Shown one piece after another: positions 44,808 to 55,005 of a stretch of DNA of 64,000 nucleotides. The stretch covers positions 38,090 to 102,089 of the forward strand of contig CALWHM010000001.1 in NCBI GenBank assembly GCA_944380395.1. Reading direction: 5' to 3'. Position 1 is the first letter of the stretch. Each line of letters begins with the position of its first letter. Source of the stretch: an uncultured Clostridia bacterium. GTDB lineage: Bacteria; Bacillota; Clostridia; Christensenellales; UBA3700. The notes beneath the pieces were generated by a model that searched no databases, had not been told where the DNA came from, and worked only from the letters and a program-made list of their open reading frames with translations. A program made the position numbers and the translations under genes.

Positions 44808-45959
44808 CTACACCCTCCTTAGTTTGTTTATAAATTTGCTGAAAAGACTTTTTTCGCTTCTTTTCAGGTGCGCCTGTCTCATTACGGAGATAAGCGAGGA
44901 ATACTCCGGTTTATCATATCCCGGAACATTGGGAGCAAGCGGAGTTATAGCCCGCCCCATACTCTTTGCCAAATATTTTATTGCACCTTTCATATTGAAA
45001 AATGCGTTCCCCGTGGCGAATATTCTGCGTGTGGATTGAGAATCCGCCACATTATCGAATACCGCGTTCAAATCGCCCGCAACTTCACGCAGGCAGCCCC
45101 TTACTATCTCGTTTATGTCGGAAGCGCGGTATTTCAGCACGTCGCCGTCCTTGGGCAGAGAATAAAAGTTGAGCTGTTCGTACTCGTCCGTCAAATCTAT
45201 CTGACCCAACAGCGAAAGCGCGGAATAAAAATCCACGTCCAACCTTTCCGTAAGTTCCGCCGCAACTATCGCGCTGCCCGTGGTCACGGACTCCAAGCCC
45301 TGCAAACCTTCGCCGCGCACGCCTGCAAGCGAGCATTCCAAAAAGCCGAGATCCACCAGCACTTCTCCGCCCGCACGATATGAATCGTCCAACAGCGTAA
45401 GCCCTTGAGCATGGGCGGAGCTTATGTATTCCGTATCGGAAAAATTCAAAGCGTCCGCTATTTTGCCGATTGCGTCCGTAAAACCTTTCCTGCACGAAAT
45501 ATATGAGTTGTAAGTGGTCATCGTTCTGCCCGTAAGCCCTACGGGATCGCTTACCACTTCGCCGCCGTCTATGCGGTAGCCGAGCGCGCAATGCTGAATT
45601 ACGTTTCGCGTTTTTTTGAGCACTTCCAGCCCGCGAGCAGCCGATTTATCCGCCAAATTGCGTGTGATAATGCTGTCTTCATTCAAAACGGTGACGTTTT
45701 CGTCGGCATAAAATTCGCAAAACGCGGAGGGCACACCCACCCAAAGCTCATCTATGCTGCCGTGAGAAGGAAGTTTGTTGTATGCTTTTATCACCGCGTC
45801 TTCCAATGACGCGGTATTATACCAATCGCCTTCCCCGTATCCGTCGTAAAGCTCCGAACTCATTCCGAAAATGCTCACTATTCCCTTGCCGGAACCCGTT
45901 CCGACGGCTATGGTGACGGCGTCTGATCTGACGTCAAGCACACATAAATCCTTTCCCAT
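44808..45959 (-). CDS. ftsA: FtsA-like actin-fold cell division protein (divergent)
   Basis: Position directly upstream of ftsZ. The N-terminus LCVLDVRSDAVTIAV resembles the actin-fold phosphate-1 motif. The C-terminus ends in an amphipathic SLFSKFINKLRRV. Confidence 0.75.
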   Translation of the reverse strand: MGKDLCVLDVRSDAVTIAVGTGSGKGIVSIFGMSSELYDGYGEGDWYNTASLEDAVIKAYNKLPSHGSIDELWVGVPSAFCEFYADENVTVLNEDSIITRNLADKSAARGLEVLKKTRNVIQHCALGYRIDGGEVVSDPVGLTGRTMTTYNSYISCRKGFTDAIGKIADALNFSDTEYISSAHAQGLTLLDDSYRAGGEVLVDLGFLECSLAGVRGEGLQGLESVTTGSAIVAAELTERLDVDFYSALSLLGQIDLTDEYEQLNFYSLPKDGDVLKYRASDINEIVRGCLREVAGDLNAVFDNVADSQSTRRIFATGNAFFNMKGAIKYLAKSMGRAITPLAPNVPGYDKPEYSSLISVMRQAHLKRSEKSLFSKFINKLRRV

Positions 45960-45966
45960 ACTTCTT

Positions 45967-45995
45967 ATTATAATGCAAATGAAAGACTCTGTCAA
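45967..45995 (-). promoter_or_regulatory. Consensus sigma-A promoter ending 7 nt before the ftsA ATG
   Basis: Minus strand TTGACA, a 17-nt spacer, TATAAT, then AAGAAGT and ATG. Confidence 0.55.
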
Positions 45996-46052
45996 TAGTT
46001 TTATAAAATATTATAATAAATGCGCGCATAAATATACGCGCACGCGAGAAAT

Positions 46053-46823
46053 TTACGCAAAATTATCGGGAAGCGTTGGGGAATATTTCACTTGTATGGC
46101 GCCGTTTTCATCTATCTCCGTAAAAAAGAATCCGCTCTCACAGTTTGTGAAATCATCTTTCATCATAACAAGATATCTCATATACAGTCCGCCGAACACC
46201 GCGTCCATATCCCCTTCAGCATACATCAGAAGATGCGCGCCCGTGTTGGTGAGTATGTCCACATAATTGCCGTCCGAATAATACGCCATCGATTTGATGA
46301 AATAGGAAAGTTTTTCGTTCATAAGCAAGTTTGCCTCTCCGCCCGCTATAACGGAAGAAAGCCATGGAATTTCCGCAAACGCGCCTGCCGCGGTCTGCAA
46401 AGTGTAACCCGATACGGTGATATAACCGCTTTCGGGAAGTTCCGACGTTACGGAAATTACCTTTAATTCCCTGTCGAGCAGAGCATATCCGCCGTTGCAG
46501 GGAATGCAGATGAACGCGTTGCGCAACGTGCAGTTTATGGAAACGGTGCCGGGGAAAGAGCGCTCCACGGTTATCACTTTCACTTCGGGATAAGCCGCCT
46601 CCACATTGGAACGCACGGCTTCTTCATCCACGGAAAATATACTGCCGCCCTCCTTTACCCCGGAAACGGAAACTATGCCCGAAGAATATTCGCCGTCAAA
46701 AGAAATATCGGAGGTGGTCACAACGCGCACTTCTCCTATTGCGAAAATGCTGCACGCCAAAACAACCGTGACCACCACGACGCATAAAACGCTTATTAAA
46801 ATCGCTGCTCTTTTGTTCATCAA
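46053..46823 (-). CDS. ftsQ: FtsQ/DivIB-type cell division protein
   Basis: Single N-terminal TM helix, a POTRA-like region (VRSNVEAAYPEVKVITVERSFPGTVSI), and its position in the dcw cluster. Confidence 0.7.
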   Translation of the reverse strand: MMNKRAAILISVLCVVVVTVVLACSIFAIGEVRVVTTSDISFDGEYSSGIVSVSGVKEGGSIFSVDEEAVRSNVEAAYPEVKVITVERSFPGTVSINCTLRNAFICIPCNGGYALLDRELKVISVTSELPESGYITVSGYTLQTAAGAFAEIPWLSSVIAGGEANLLMNEKLSYFIKSMAYYSDGNYVDILTNTGAHLLMYAEGDMDAVFGGLYMRYLVMMKDDFTNCESGFFFTEIDENGAIQVKYSPTLPDNFA

Positions 46824-48076
46824 ACGACCCTGATTATATTTGCACCCAATTCCGAAAGAACGGGCGCCATGTCCTCGTATCCCCTGTCGATATGATAGAT
46901 GTCCTTCAACTCCGTTCTTCCTTCCGCCGCCAGACCCGCCAGCACTAAGGAAGCTCCTCCGCGCAGATCAGTGGCGCACACCTCCGCCCCGTGCAGACCG
47001 GGAACCCCGCGGACGACCGCCGTCCTGTCACGCACGGTGATATCCGCGCCCATTTTTATAAATTGCGGCACGGTTTTGAACCGCGTTTCGAATATGTTCT
47101 CCGCAATCACGGACGTACCGCGCGATATGGTCTGCAACGCCATTATCTGCGTTTGAAGATCCGTCGGGAAGCCGGGATAGTACATCGTATCTATTCTTTC
47201 AAGCGATTTAAGTCTGCCCTTGCTTCTTACGGATATTTTATCATTTTTGCATATTACTTTGCAAGTGGTTTTGGACATTTTCGCTATAAGCGAAGAAAGA
47301 TGTTCGGGCACAACTCCTTCCAGCGTCACATTTCCGCCGCACATCGCCGCAGCTATCATATAAGTGCCCGCGATTATCCTGTCTGGAATGGGGGTATATG
47401 TTACTCCGTGCAGCTTTTCCACGCCTTCCACCGTTATCATACTGCTCCCCGCACCCGATATTCGGGCGCCCATAGCGTTCAAAAAATTTTGAAGATCGGT
47501 TATCTCCGGCTCCTTGGCGCAGTTTCTTATCACGGTGACTCCGCGTATAAACACGCTTGCCATCATCAAATTTTCCGTAGCTCCCACGCTGGGCAGATCC
47601 AAAAGTATCTGCGCGCTGTGCGCCCCCGAAGCGTCGCAGTCCAAGTATCCGCTCTCTTCATCTATGCTTATGCCCAATTCCCTCAGCCCCGAAAGATGTA
47701 TATCTATCGGACGCATGCCTATTTCACATCCGCCGGGATAAGATATTCTGGCTTTTTTCATGCGCGAAAGCATAGGCCCCATTAAAAATATGGACGAGCG
47801 CAATTCTTTTGCCAGCACGCAAGGTATCGCGTCGCAATATATGTCGTGCGCGTCTATAGTGATATTTCCCGAATCGTCGCGGGTGATGATACAGCCTATC
47901 CCCGCGAGTATTTTAAGCATATTCCTAATGTCGGATATTTCAGGACAGTTTTGCAAAGTCACCTTTTCTTTTGTGAGTATACTTGCCGCCAACAGCGGCA
48001 GTACGCTGTTTTTTGCCGCTTTCACCCTTATTCGCCCTTCCAGGGGATTGCCGCCCTCTATTATGTATCTGCTCAT
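46820..48076 (-). CDS. murA: UDP-N-acetylglucosamine 1-carboxyvinyltransferase
   Basis: IIEGGNPLEGRIRVKAAKNSVLPLL, and the catalytic-Cys loop YPGGCEIGMRPIDIHL. Confidence 0.92.
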   Translation of the reverse strand: MSRYIIEGGNPLEGRIRVKAAKNSVLPLLAASILTKEKVTLQNCPEISDIRNMLKILAGIGCIITRDDSGNITIDAHDIYCDAIPCVLAKELRSSIFLMGPMLSRMKKARISYPGGCEIGMRPIDIHLSGLRELGISIDEESGYLDCDASGAHSAQILLDLPSVGATENLMMASVFIRGVTVIRNCAKEPEITDLQNFLNAMGARISGAGSSMITVEGVEKLHGVTYTPIPDRIIAGTYMIAAAMCGGNVTLEGVVPEHLSSLIAKMSKTTCKVICKNDKISVRSKGRLKSLERIDTMYYPGFPTDLQTQIMALQTISRGTSVIAENIFETRFKTVPQFIKMGADITVRDRTAVVRGVPGLHGAEVCATDLRGGASLVLAGLAAEGRTELKDIYHIDRGYEDMAPVLSELGANIIRVV

Positions 48077-48117
48077 ATTTTCTCTCCACATCGTAGCGGC
48101 GCAATGCCGTTATGTAC

Positions 48118-49245
48118 TCAATACATTTTATGGCCGAAAGCGAGTCTTTGTGATTTTGCCGCCACGCGTTGGAGCACGGCTACGGCGCAAGTGAACATAA
48201 GCAAGGACGTTCCGCCCGCGCTTACGAATGGGAGCGGAAGCCCGGTGGGCGGTATACTGCCCGTAACGACCGCGATATTCAAAAGCGCCTGAACGCCTAT
48301 AACCGCGGTAATGCCTGCCGCAAGATAACAATCAAACCTGCTTTCCGCGCGCATGGCGATAAGGGCGCCGCGCCAAACTATTATCCCGAATACCGCCATC
48401 ACGGCGATACAGCCGACAAAGCCCAGCTCTTCTCCTATCACGGAAAAGATAAAGTCGCTTTCCGCGAACGGAAGAAACAGATATTTTTGACGGGAATTGA
48501 ACAGTCCCACGCCGAACAATCCGCCCGAACCCAGAGCGTAATACGACTGAATCAGCTGATAACCTTCACCCAAAGGCGACGACCACGGATCCAAAAATGC
48601 GGCTATACGTTTCAGGCGATAAGGCTCCGCCGCAATCAAAACAACTACCAGAACCGCCGCGGGTATGCCGAGGAGCGCGAAATGCCTTGCCTTGGCTCCG
48701 CCCAAAAACAGCATTGCCATTGTGACAAGTCCCACGCACATTGTTATGGACATATTCGGCTCCGCCATAATGAGCGCACAAGTCGCGCCGCACGCGATGA
48801 GTATTGCTGCCATTGATTTGAATGTGACGCAGCTGTTTTTTGAAAGACAGCCCGCAATGAATATTACAAGCGTGAATTTGGCTATATCCGAAGGCTGAAA
48901 AGTGGTAAACCCTAAATTTATCCACCTTGTGGCGCCGTAATTTTCCACGCCCACACCGGGGATAAATACGAGCGCAAGCAATATCAATCCCGTAATAAAG
49001 AACACATATCGCAGTTTTCTGTAAATTTGCGTGTCAAGCCTGTACACGAACGGATATACCGCCGCGGCAAAAACCAAAGCGATAGCTTGCTTTTTTACGT
49101 AAAATGCGGCGTCGCCCGTTTCGTTGAGCGCGGAATAGCTGCTTGCGCTGTACTGCATTACCAACCCGAACAGGGAGAGCATTATCACGCAGATAAGCAG
49201 CGCTTTATCGGGAACTATCCGCCTGCCGACTAGTTTTTCCCGCAT
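48118..49245 (-). CDS. ftsW: SEDS family peptidoglycan glycosyltransferase FtsW/SpoVE
   Basis: 10-TM SEDS pattern (...LPFVSAGGTSLL...), downstream of murD. Confidence 0.88.
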   Translation of the reverse strand: MREKLVGRRIVPDKALLICVIMLSLFGLVMQYSASSYSALNETGDAAFYVKKQAIALVFAAAVYPFVYRLDTQIYRKLRYVFFITGLILLALVFIPGVGVENYGATRWINLGFTTFQPSDIAKFTLVIFIAGCLSKNSCVTFKSMAAILIACGATCALIMAEPNMSITMCVGLVTMAMLFLGGAKARHFALLGIPAAVLVVVLIAAEPYRLKRIAAFLDPWSSPLGEGYQLIQSYYALGSGGLFGVGLFNSRQKYLFLPFAESDFIFSVIGEELGFVGCIAVMAVFGIIVWRGALIAMRAESRFDCYLAAGITAVIGVQALLNIAVVTGSIPPTGLPLPFVSAGGTSLLMFTCAVAVLQRVAAKSQRLAFGHKMY

Positions 49246-50549
49246 CCGATAGCCCTTATTATACAGTCGAACGCCTCTCCGCGCTCTTCGAAATCGGAGT
49301 ATCTGTCAAAACTCGACGTAGACGGGGAAAAGAGCACGTTATCCTCTTCTCCTTCAAACGCCTTAACCGCGGCAAGATAAAGGGACGGAAGTATTTCAAA
49401 AGTAAAGGCGTGCTCCGCGGGCATATCTTCTTTTATGCTTTCGGCGTTATCTCCCGTAACTATCAGCCTCTTTACGGAAGAAGGCAGTTTTGCAAAAAAC
49501 CTTTCGTAAGATATGCCCTTATCGTAACCGCCCATTATCAAAACCGTGTCGCCCTTCATCGCAGCGCAGGCTTTTAGGGTGGAATCTATGTTGGTCGCCT
49601 TGCTGTCATTGTACACCCTCTTGCCCTCTATCGTTCCGCAATACTGCATTCTGAACCGCGGCGCTGAAAAAGTGCGCAAAGCCGTGCGTATAGCCACATT
49701 GTCCACGCCCATAAGTTTTGCCGCAGTCACCGCCGCAAGCGCGTTTGCGATATTGTGCTCCCCTTTTATCCTGAGCTCGTCCGTCGCAGCTATGTACTCG
49801 ACTCCTCTGTCGGCAAAGTATATCCTGCCGCCTTCAAGATAACTGCCCTTCACCTTTTGCTCGGTGGAGAAAAAATATACTGCGGAAGCTATATCTTGTT
49901 CAAACTCGCGCACTGTCGCGTCGTCGTAATTCAAAACGGCTATATCGTCATTCTTTTGGTTGAGAAAAATTTTGCGCTTGGCTTCCGCGTATTCGGCAAA
50001 ACTGCCGTGCCTTTCGTAATGGTCGGGCGTTATGTTCAGGCATATCGCGTACTTGGAGCGAAAATCCGCAATGCTCTCCAACTGAAAGCTGGAAAGTTCC
50101 AGCACCACCACGGCGCCCTCTTCTATCTTATCAGCCGCCGCGCTGAACGACGCGCCCAAATTGCCCAAAGCATAACTCTTTATCCCCGCGCACTCCAATA
50201 TCTTTTTTATCAGCATTGTCACGGTGGTCTTGCCGTTCGTACCCGTCACCGCCACGATGTCGCCGCGCGAATAGCGGTAACCCAGCTCCACTTCTCCTAT
50301 GACTTCCGTTCCGCACAGCCTTGCGTAAGCTATCATATCGTCCGTCATAGGCACGCCCGGACTTAATACGAGCAGATCCACGCCTTTTAACGCAAGTTCC
50401 GGAGAAAGAAAACTCCTGTCCTCACAGCCGTCCGGCACATTCGCGCCTGCGCTGTCAAATACGCACACGCGCCAGCCGTTGCGCAGCAGCAATTCCGCCG
50501 CGCCGCTGCCGCTTATTCCCGTTCCCATCACCAATGCCGTTTTACGCAT
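49230..50549 (-). CDS. murD: UDP-N-acetylmuramoylalanine--D-glutamate ligase
   Basis: GTGISGSGAA Rossmann N-terminus and a VTGTNGKTT P-loop. Confidence 0.92.
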   Translation of the reverse strand: MRKTALVMGTGISGSGAAELLLRNGWRVCVFDSAGANVPDGCEDRSFLSPELALKGVDLLVLSPGVPMTDDMIAYARLCGTEVIGEVELGYRYSRGDIVAVTGTNGKTTVTMLIKKILECAGIKSYALGNLGASFSAAADKIEEGAVVVLELSSFQLESIADFRSKYAICLNITPDHYERHGSFAEYAEAKRKIFLNQKNDDIAVLNYDDATVREFEQDIASAVYFFSTEQKVKGSYLEGGRIYFADRGVEYIAATDELRIKGEHNIANALAAVTAAKLMGVDNVAIRTALRTFSAPRFRMQYCGTIEGKRVYNDSKATNIDSTLKACAAMKGDTVLIMGGYDKGISYERFFAKLPSSVKRLIVTGDNAESIKEDMPAEHAFTFEILPSLYLAAVKAFEGEEDNVLFSPSTSSFDRYSDFEERGEAFDCIIRAIGCGKN

Positions 50550-51561
50550 ATTCCGCCGCCATGCAACTTATCAGCCCTATCACCCCGAAAACGCAGGTTA
50601 TCAAGGTGTAATAGGTGACTATCTTGCTCTCCTTTATGCCTTTATATTCCAAGTGGTGGTGGAACGGCGCCATTAAAAATACCCGCCTGCCTTTGAGCTT
50701 GTACACCGCCACCTGCACTATTACGGATATGCACGATACCGCATACATTATGCCGATAAAGACCAGAAGAAAAGGTTTTTTCAAAAATACTGCGGCGCAG
50801 GCGAGCGCTCCGCCAAGCGCCAGCGAGCCTGTATCGCCCATAAAAATACTTGCGGGGGATGCGTTGAGCCATATAAACGCGCACAGCGCGCCCGCAAACG
50901 CGGCGCAGAACAGCCCTACCGAACGCACCTGTTCGCGCATAAGTATGTCGCCCTCCGGCACAGTGACCGCAAGCATATATGCGCACAGCAAAGTGAGCAC
51001 GACAAAATTCGACGCCGCGCATTTTGCCACAAGTCCGTCCAGACCGTCCGTGAGATTTACGGCGTTGGTTACGCCTATGAACAATATCATTGTGAACGGG
51101 ATAAACGCCCAGCCCATATCCCAAACTTCAGAAGTGAACGGAAGGCAAACCGTGGCGGCGACGTATTTGTTGCGATAGCAAAACAAAGTCACAAGCACGG
51201 CTATTCCCGCCTGTCCTATCACTTTCTGATAAGCTTTAAGCCCCTGATTGTGCTTATACCGCACTTTTATGAAGTCGTCCAAAAATCCCAAAAGTCCATA
51301 CGCCGCCGTGACGGCGCAGGCAACGGCGCAGAGCGAACTGTCCAACCCGCCGTATATCGCGCAAGTGAGTATTGCCGCGGCGATGAAAATCACTCCGCCC
51401 ATTGTGGGCGTGCCGCTTTTGCCCGAATGCTTGTCCACATAGACAAGCACGGTCTGCCCCGCTTTTAATTTCCTCATAAGCGTGAGCACGGGGTAAGCTA
51501 TCAGCGCGGCTATGGCAAAAGCCGAAACCGCTGCCGCGGGAAAGAGTACGCGATCGCTCAT
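50542..51561 (-). CDS. mraY: Phospho-N-acetylmuramoyl-pentapeptide transferase
   Basis: KSGTPTMGG, NAVNLTDGLDGL and MGDTGSLALGG motifs. Confidence 0.95.
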   Translation of the reverse strand: MSDRVLFPAAAVSAFAIAALIAYPVLTLMRKLKAGQTVLVYVDKHSGKSGTPTMGGVIFIAAAILTCAIYGGLDSSLCAVACAVTAAYGLLGFLDDFIKVRYKHNQGLKAYQKVIGQAGIAVLVTLFCYRNKYVAATVCLPFTSEVWDMGWAFIPFTMILFIGVTNAVNLTDGLDGLVAKCAASNFVVLTLLCAYMLAVTVPEGDILMREQVRSVGLFCAAFAGALCAFIWLNASPASIFMGDTGSLALGGALACAAVFLKKPFLLVFIGIMYAVSCISVIVQVAVYKLKGRRVFLMAPFHHHLEYKGIKESKIVTYYTLITCVFGVIGLISCMAAEYA

Positions 51562-52988
51562 TGCCCTATCACCCGCAAAAGCTCCTGCCTGTCACTGTAC
51601 GGAGTCTTAACTCCGAAAGACTCTATATAGTCCTCGCTCCCCTTGCCCGCGATGACCACCACATCCCCGTCGCGCGCTATCCTGCATGCGTAGGCTACGG
51701 CTTGACGCCTGTCGTTTATCACAGCCGCTTCCTTGTTTGTGCCCTGCAATATCTGGGCGGCTATGTCTTCCCTGCGTTCCGTGCGCGGGTTGTCCTCCGT
51801 AATTATTATTCTGTCCGCAAGTTCGCCCGCTATCCTGCCCATCTGCGGGCGCTTGGACCTGTCGCGGTCGCCGCCGCAGCCGAAAACGAGTATTAGTTCG
51901 CCCTTGCAAAGTTTCCTTGCCTGAACAAGCACGTTGCGCAGTCCGTCGGGAGTGTGGGCGAAATCTATGATATATTTTTTGCCGCCGCGGGAATATACGT
52001 TGAACCTGCCTTCCGGCGGCTCTATGTCGTTTACCGCCGCGGCTATATCTTCGCAGTCCGCGCCCAGCTCACGCACGCACGCAATTGCAGCAAGCATATT
52101 GCTCACGTTGAACTCTCCGAGCAATTTGGAATTTATCTCCATAAGACAGTCCCTGTCATTGACTACATACCCGCACCCGTCCTTTTGCACTATGTTTACG
52201 GCAAATACGTCCGCCGGATTATAAAGCCCGTATGTTATCACGGGGACTTTTACGCTGTTTATCAGTTTGACGCCGCGTTCGTCATCGGAATTTATCACCG
52301 CTTTTTTAATGTGTTCGGGCGTAAAAAAGCTCTCCTTGACACGCGCGTAGGAGTCCATATCCCCGAAAAAGTCCAGATGGTCCTGAGTGAGATTGGTGAA
52401 CACGCCCATATCGAACAGGATATTGTCCGTCTTACGCCAATATATCGCGTGCGCGGATATTTCCGAGACCGCCGCCTTGCAGCCGCTTTTGACAAAGTCT
52501 GCAAGAATACGGTTGAACAGGTACGGATCGGGAGTGGTGAGCGTGGCGGGCGTGCGGCGCTGTCCGTCGTGCACATACATTGTGCCTATCAACCCGCAGC
52601 GAATACCGCACGCACAGGCTATTTTATGCACAAGATACGCAACCGTGGATTTGCCGTTCGTCCCCGTAACGCCTATAATTTTCAGTTTTGCCGCGGGATC
52701 GCAAAAGTGATGCCCGCACACCTTGGCATATGCGCTGCGTATGTCGGGAACGATTATCTGCGGCACGGACAATCCCTCTATTTTGCTCTCCGTGAGCACG
52801 GCGCACGCGCCCTTTTGCTGCGCAATCAAGGCAAACTTTCTGCCGTCGCATTTTCCGCCCTTCATCGCCGCAAACAGGCACCCCTCCCGAACCTCCTGAC
52901 TATTCAAACATATATCCCGTATTTCCAGCGAATTTATATCGCTTTCGCAATGATGATCCACGCCTTTAAGAAGTGTTTTCGCGTTCAT
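51558..52988 (-). CDS. murE: UDP-MurNAc-L-Ala-D-Glu--2,6-diaminopimelate ligase
   Basis: GVTGTNGKST P-loop and the DNPRTE motif characteristic of meso-DAP-adding MurE. Confidence 0.92.
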   Translation of the reverse strand: MNAKTLLKGVDHHCESDINSLEIRDICLNSQEVREGCLFAAMKGGKCDGRKFALIAQQKGACAVLTESKIEGLSVPQIIVPDIRSAYAKVCGHHFCDPAAKLKIIGVTGTNGKSTVAYLVHKIACACGIRCGLIGTMYVHDGQRRTPATLTTPDPYLFNRILADFVKSGCKAAVSEISAHAIYWRKTDNILFDMGVFTNLTQDHLDFFGDMDSYARVKESFFTPEHIKKAVINSDDERGVKLINSVKVPVITYGLYNPADVFAVNIVQKDGCGYVVNDRDCLMEINSKLLGEFNVSNMLAAIACVRELGADCEDIAAAVNDIEPPEGRFNVYSRGGKKYIIDFAHTPDGLRNVLVQARKLCKGELILVFGCGGDRDRSKRPQMGRIAGELADRIIITEDNPRTERREDIAAQILQGTNKEAAVINDRRQAVAYACRIARDGDVVVIAGKGSEDYIESFGVKTPYSDRQELLRVIGQ

Positions 52989-53067
52989 GGTCCCTCCGTA
53001 TTACCACTATAATTCCACGTGAATACATATGCGCCCCGTTCGCAAAATAATCACTTCTTCGACATTT

Positions 53068-54954
53068 TTATTCCAAAGCGAAATATACCCGCGCATCCTT
53101 GTTCACAGCCGTGCCGGCAAGAGGTATTTGATAGCAAACTTTCCCTTCGCCCGAATAGGCATAGTCCAGCCCCAGCTTTTTCAACGTTGCCGCCGCGTCC
53201 GAAAGACTCATATTCATTATGTCCGGCATTATCGTCTGCTCCTGCGCCGCGTCGCCCTGCGCGGGTACGCCGTAATAAGAAAAGAGCGAAGAAAATATCT
53301 GCCCCACATACGGCGCCGCCACTATTGAACCGTAATAGGCGTACCCCTGCGGTTCGTCCACCAAAAACAGACAGACTATATTTGAGCCGTTTATCTCCGT
53401 AAATCCCACGAACGATGAGATATACTTGCCTGCGGCTATCGCGCCGTTTTCGTATTTTTGAGCCGTGCCCGTTTTTCCGCCTATTTTATAGCCGAGTACG
53501 GCGGCGTTCTTGCCGCTGCCCTCTTCAACTACGCCGTAAAGATAGTCTTTGAGCGTTTCGCAGGTGGACGCGCTGACCGTGGTGTTTCTCACATACGAGC
53601 CGCCCCTGTACGCCAAATTTCCCGAGCCGTCCGTTATCTCTTCCACTATGTACGGGCGATAGAGGTATCCGCCGTTTATGCACGACGCGACTGCCGCGGC
53701 AAGCTGTACGGGCGTTACGGCTATCGCCTGCCCGAAGCCGATACGCGCCAAATCCACATTTTTAACGGAATCGCGGGAGATGAGCATGCCCGAACTTTCT
53801 CCGTAAAAATCTATGCCCGTTTTGCCACCCAAGCCGAATTTTTCAAAATAGTCATACATATTGTCTACTCCCGCGGTGAGCGCCACATCCACGAAAACGC
53901 AGTTGCAGGAATTGTATACCCCGTGGCGGAAGTCCTGACTGCCGTGTCCGACAGAACGCCAGCAGCGTATTCTCTGTCCGTCCACCGTGCAGCTTCCGCC
54001 GCAATAGTAGGAGCTTTTTATCGCGCCCGTTTCCAAGCCTATGGCAGAGGTGAGTATCTTGAACGTGGAACCGGGTTCGTACATATCCGTAACGGACGCC
54101 AAAGCGGAATTTTCCATAAGCGCGTTCACATCGTCGCGCGGAATGTCGTTCAAATCGTATGACGGCGCCTGAGCCATGGCGAGCACCGCGCCCGTATCCG
54201 CATTGAGCATTACGCAGCTCACGCTTTTGGCGTCATATGCGGCGCACGCGTCATGCACGGCTTTTTCCGCCACGGCTTGAACGGTGTAATCTATCGTCAG
54301 CTTCATATTCATCCCTTTAACGGGCGCCACATAATAAGTATCTCCTCCTTCTATTTCCCTGCCGATAAGGTCGGTTTCCGTGTAAGAATAGCCGTTTATG
54401 CCCGTAAGATACTTGTCGTAATACAGTTCAAGTCCGCTCTGCCCCTTATTGTCCGCGTCCGTAAAGCCCAAAAGCTGGGTGAGAAAATCGCCGTTATCGT
54501 AATATCTCGCGCTGTCCGCCGTAAAATATATTCCCGAAAAATCTTTGCTTTCTATGAGCAGTTTTTCCTCACGCGTCACCTTGCGGCACAACCTTGTTTC
54601 GGACACACCCTTCTTTTTCAGACGGGTGAGAAGCAGCGTTCTGTCTATATCCAGCACGCTTGAAGCGTACGCGGCTATTTCTTCCGCATTCTCCACGTCG
54701 GAAGGGCGGCAATACATAGTGTAAAGCGTTAAAGACGAAGCCAGCACCTGCCCGTTTGTATCCGTGATGTCGCCCCTGTCTGCGGTGAAAGGCAGGTCGC
54801 GCGTCCATTGCCCGAACGCGGACGACTTCAAATTGTTCGAATTTATCACTTGCAGCCAAAACAGCCTGCCCGCCAAAAGACAAAAGAAGAAGGTTACCAG
54901 CAATGCTATTGCCGATAACCTCCTCCTGATACTTATATGGGAGATTTTTGCCAT
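53068..54954 (-). CDS. Class B penicillin-binding protein (FtsI/SpoVD type) with a C-terminal PASTA domain
   Basis: STFK, SCN and KTGT transpeptidase motifs, an N-terminal TM anchor, and one PASTA-like C-terminal repeat. Confidence 0.9.
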   Translation of the reverse strand: MAKISHISIRRRLSAIALLVTFFFCLLAGRLFWLQVINSNNLKSSAFGQWTRDLPFTADRGDITDTNGQVLASSLTLYTMYCRPSDVENAEEIAAYASSVLDIDRTLLLTRLKKKGVSETRLCRKVTREEKLLIESKDFSGIYFTADSARYYDNGDFLTQLLGFTDADNKGQSGLELYYDKYLTGINGYSYTETDLIGREIEGGDTYYVAPVKGMNMKLTIDYTVQAVAEKAVHDACAAYDAKSVSCVMLNADTGAVLAMAQAPSYDLNDIPRDDVNALMENSALASVTDMYEPGSTFKILTSAIGLETGAIKSSYYCGGSCTVDGQRIRCWRSVGHGSQDFRHGVYNSCNCVFVDVALTAGVDNMYDYFEKFGLGGKTGIDFYGESSGMLISRDSVKNVDLARIGFGQAIAVTPVQLAAAVASCINGGYLYRPYIVEEITDGSGNLAYRGGSYVRNTTVSASTCETLKDYLYGVVEEGSGKNAAVLGYKIGGKTGTAQKYENGAIAAGKYISSFVGFTEINGSNIVCLFLVDEPQGYAYYGSIVAAPYVGQIFSSLFSYYGVPAQGDAAQEQTIMPDIMNMSLSDAAATLKKLGLDYAYSGEGKVCYQIPLAGTAVNKDARVYFALE

Positions 54955-55005
54955 TCGCCCCTCCGAAAGAATTATTTCTTATCTTTGGTGCGAACGTATG
55001 ATGAA

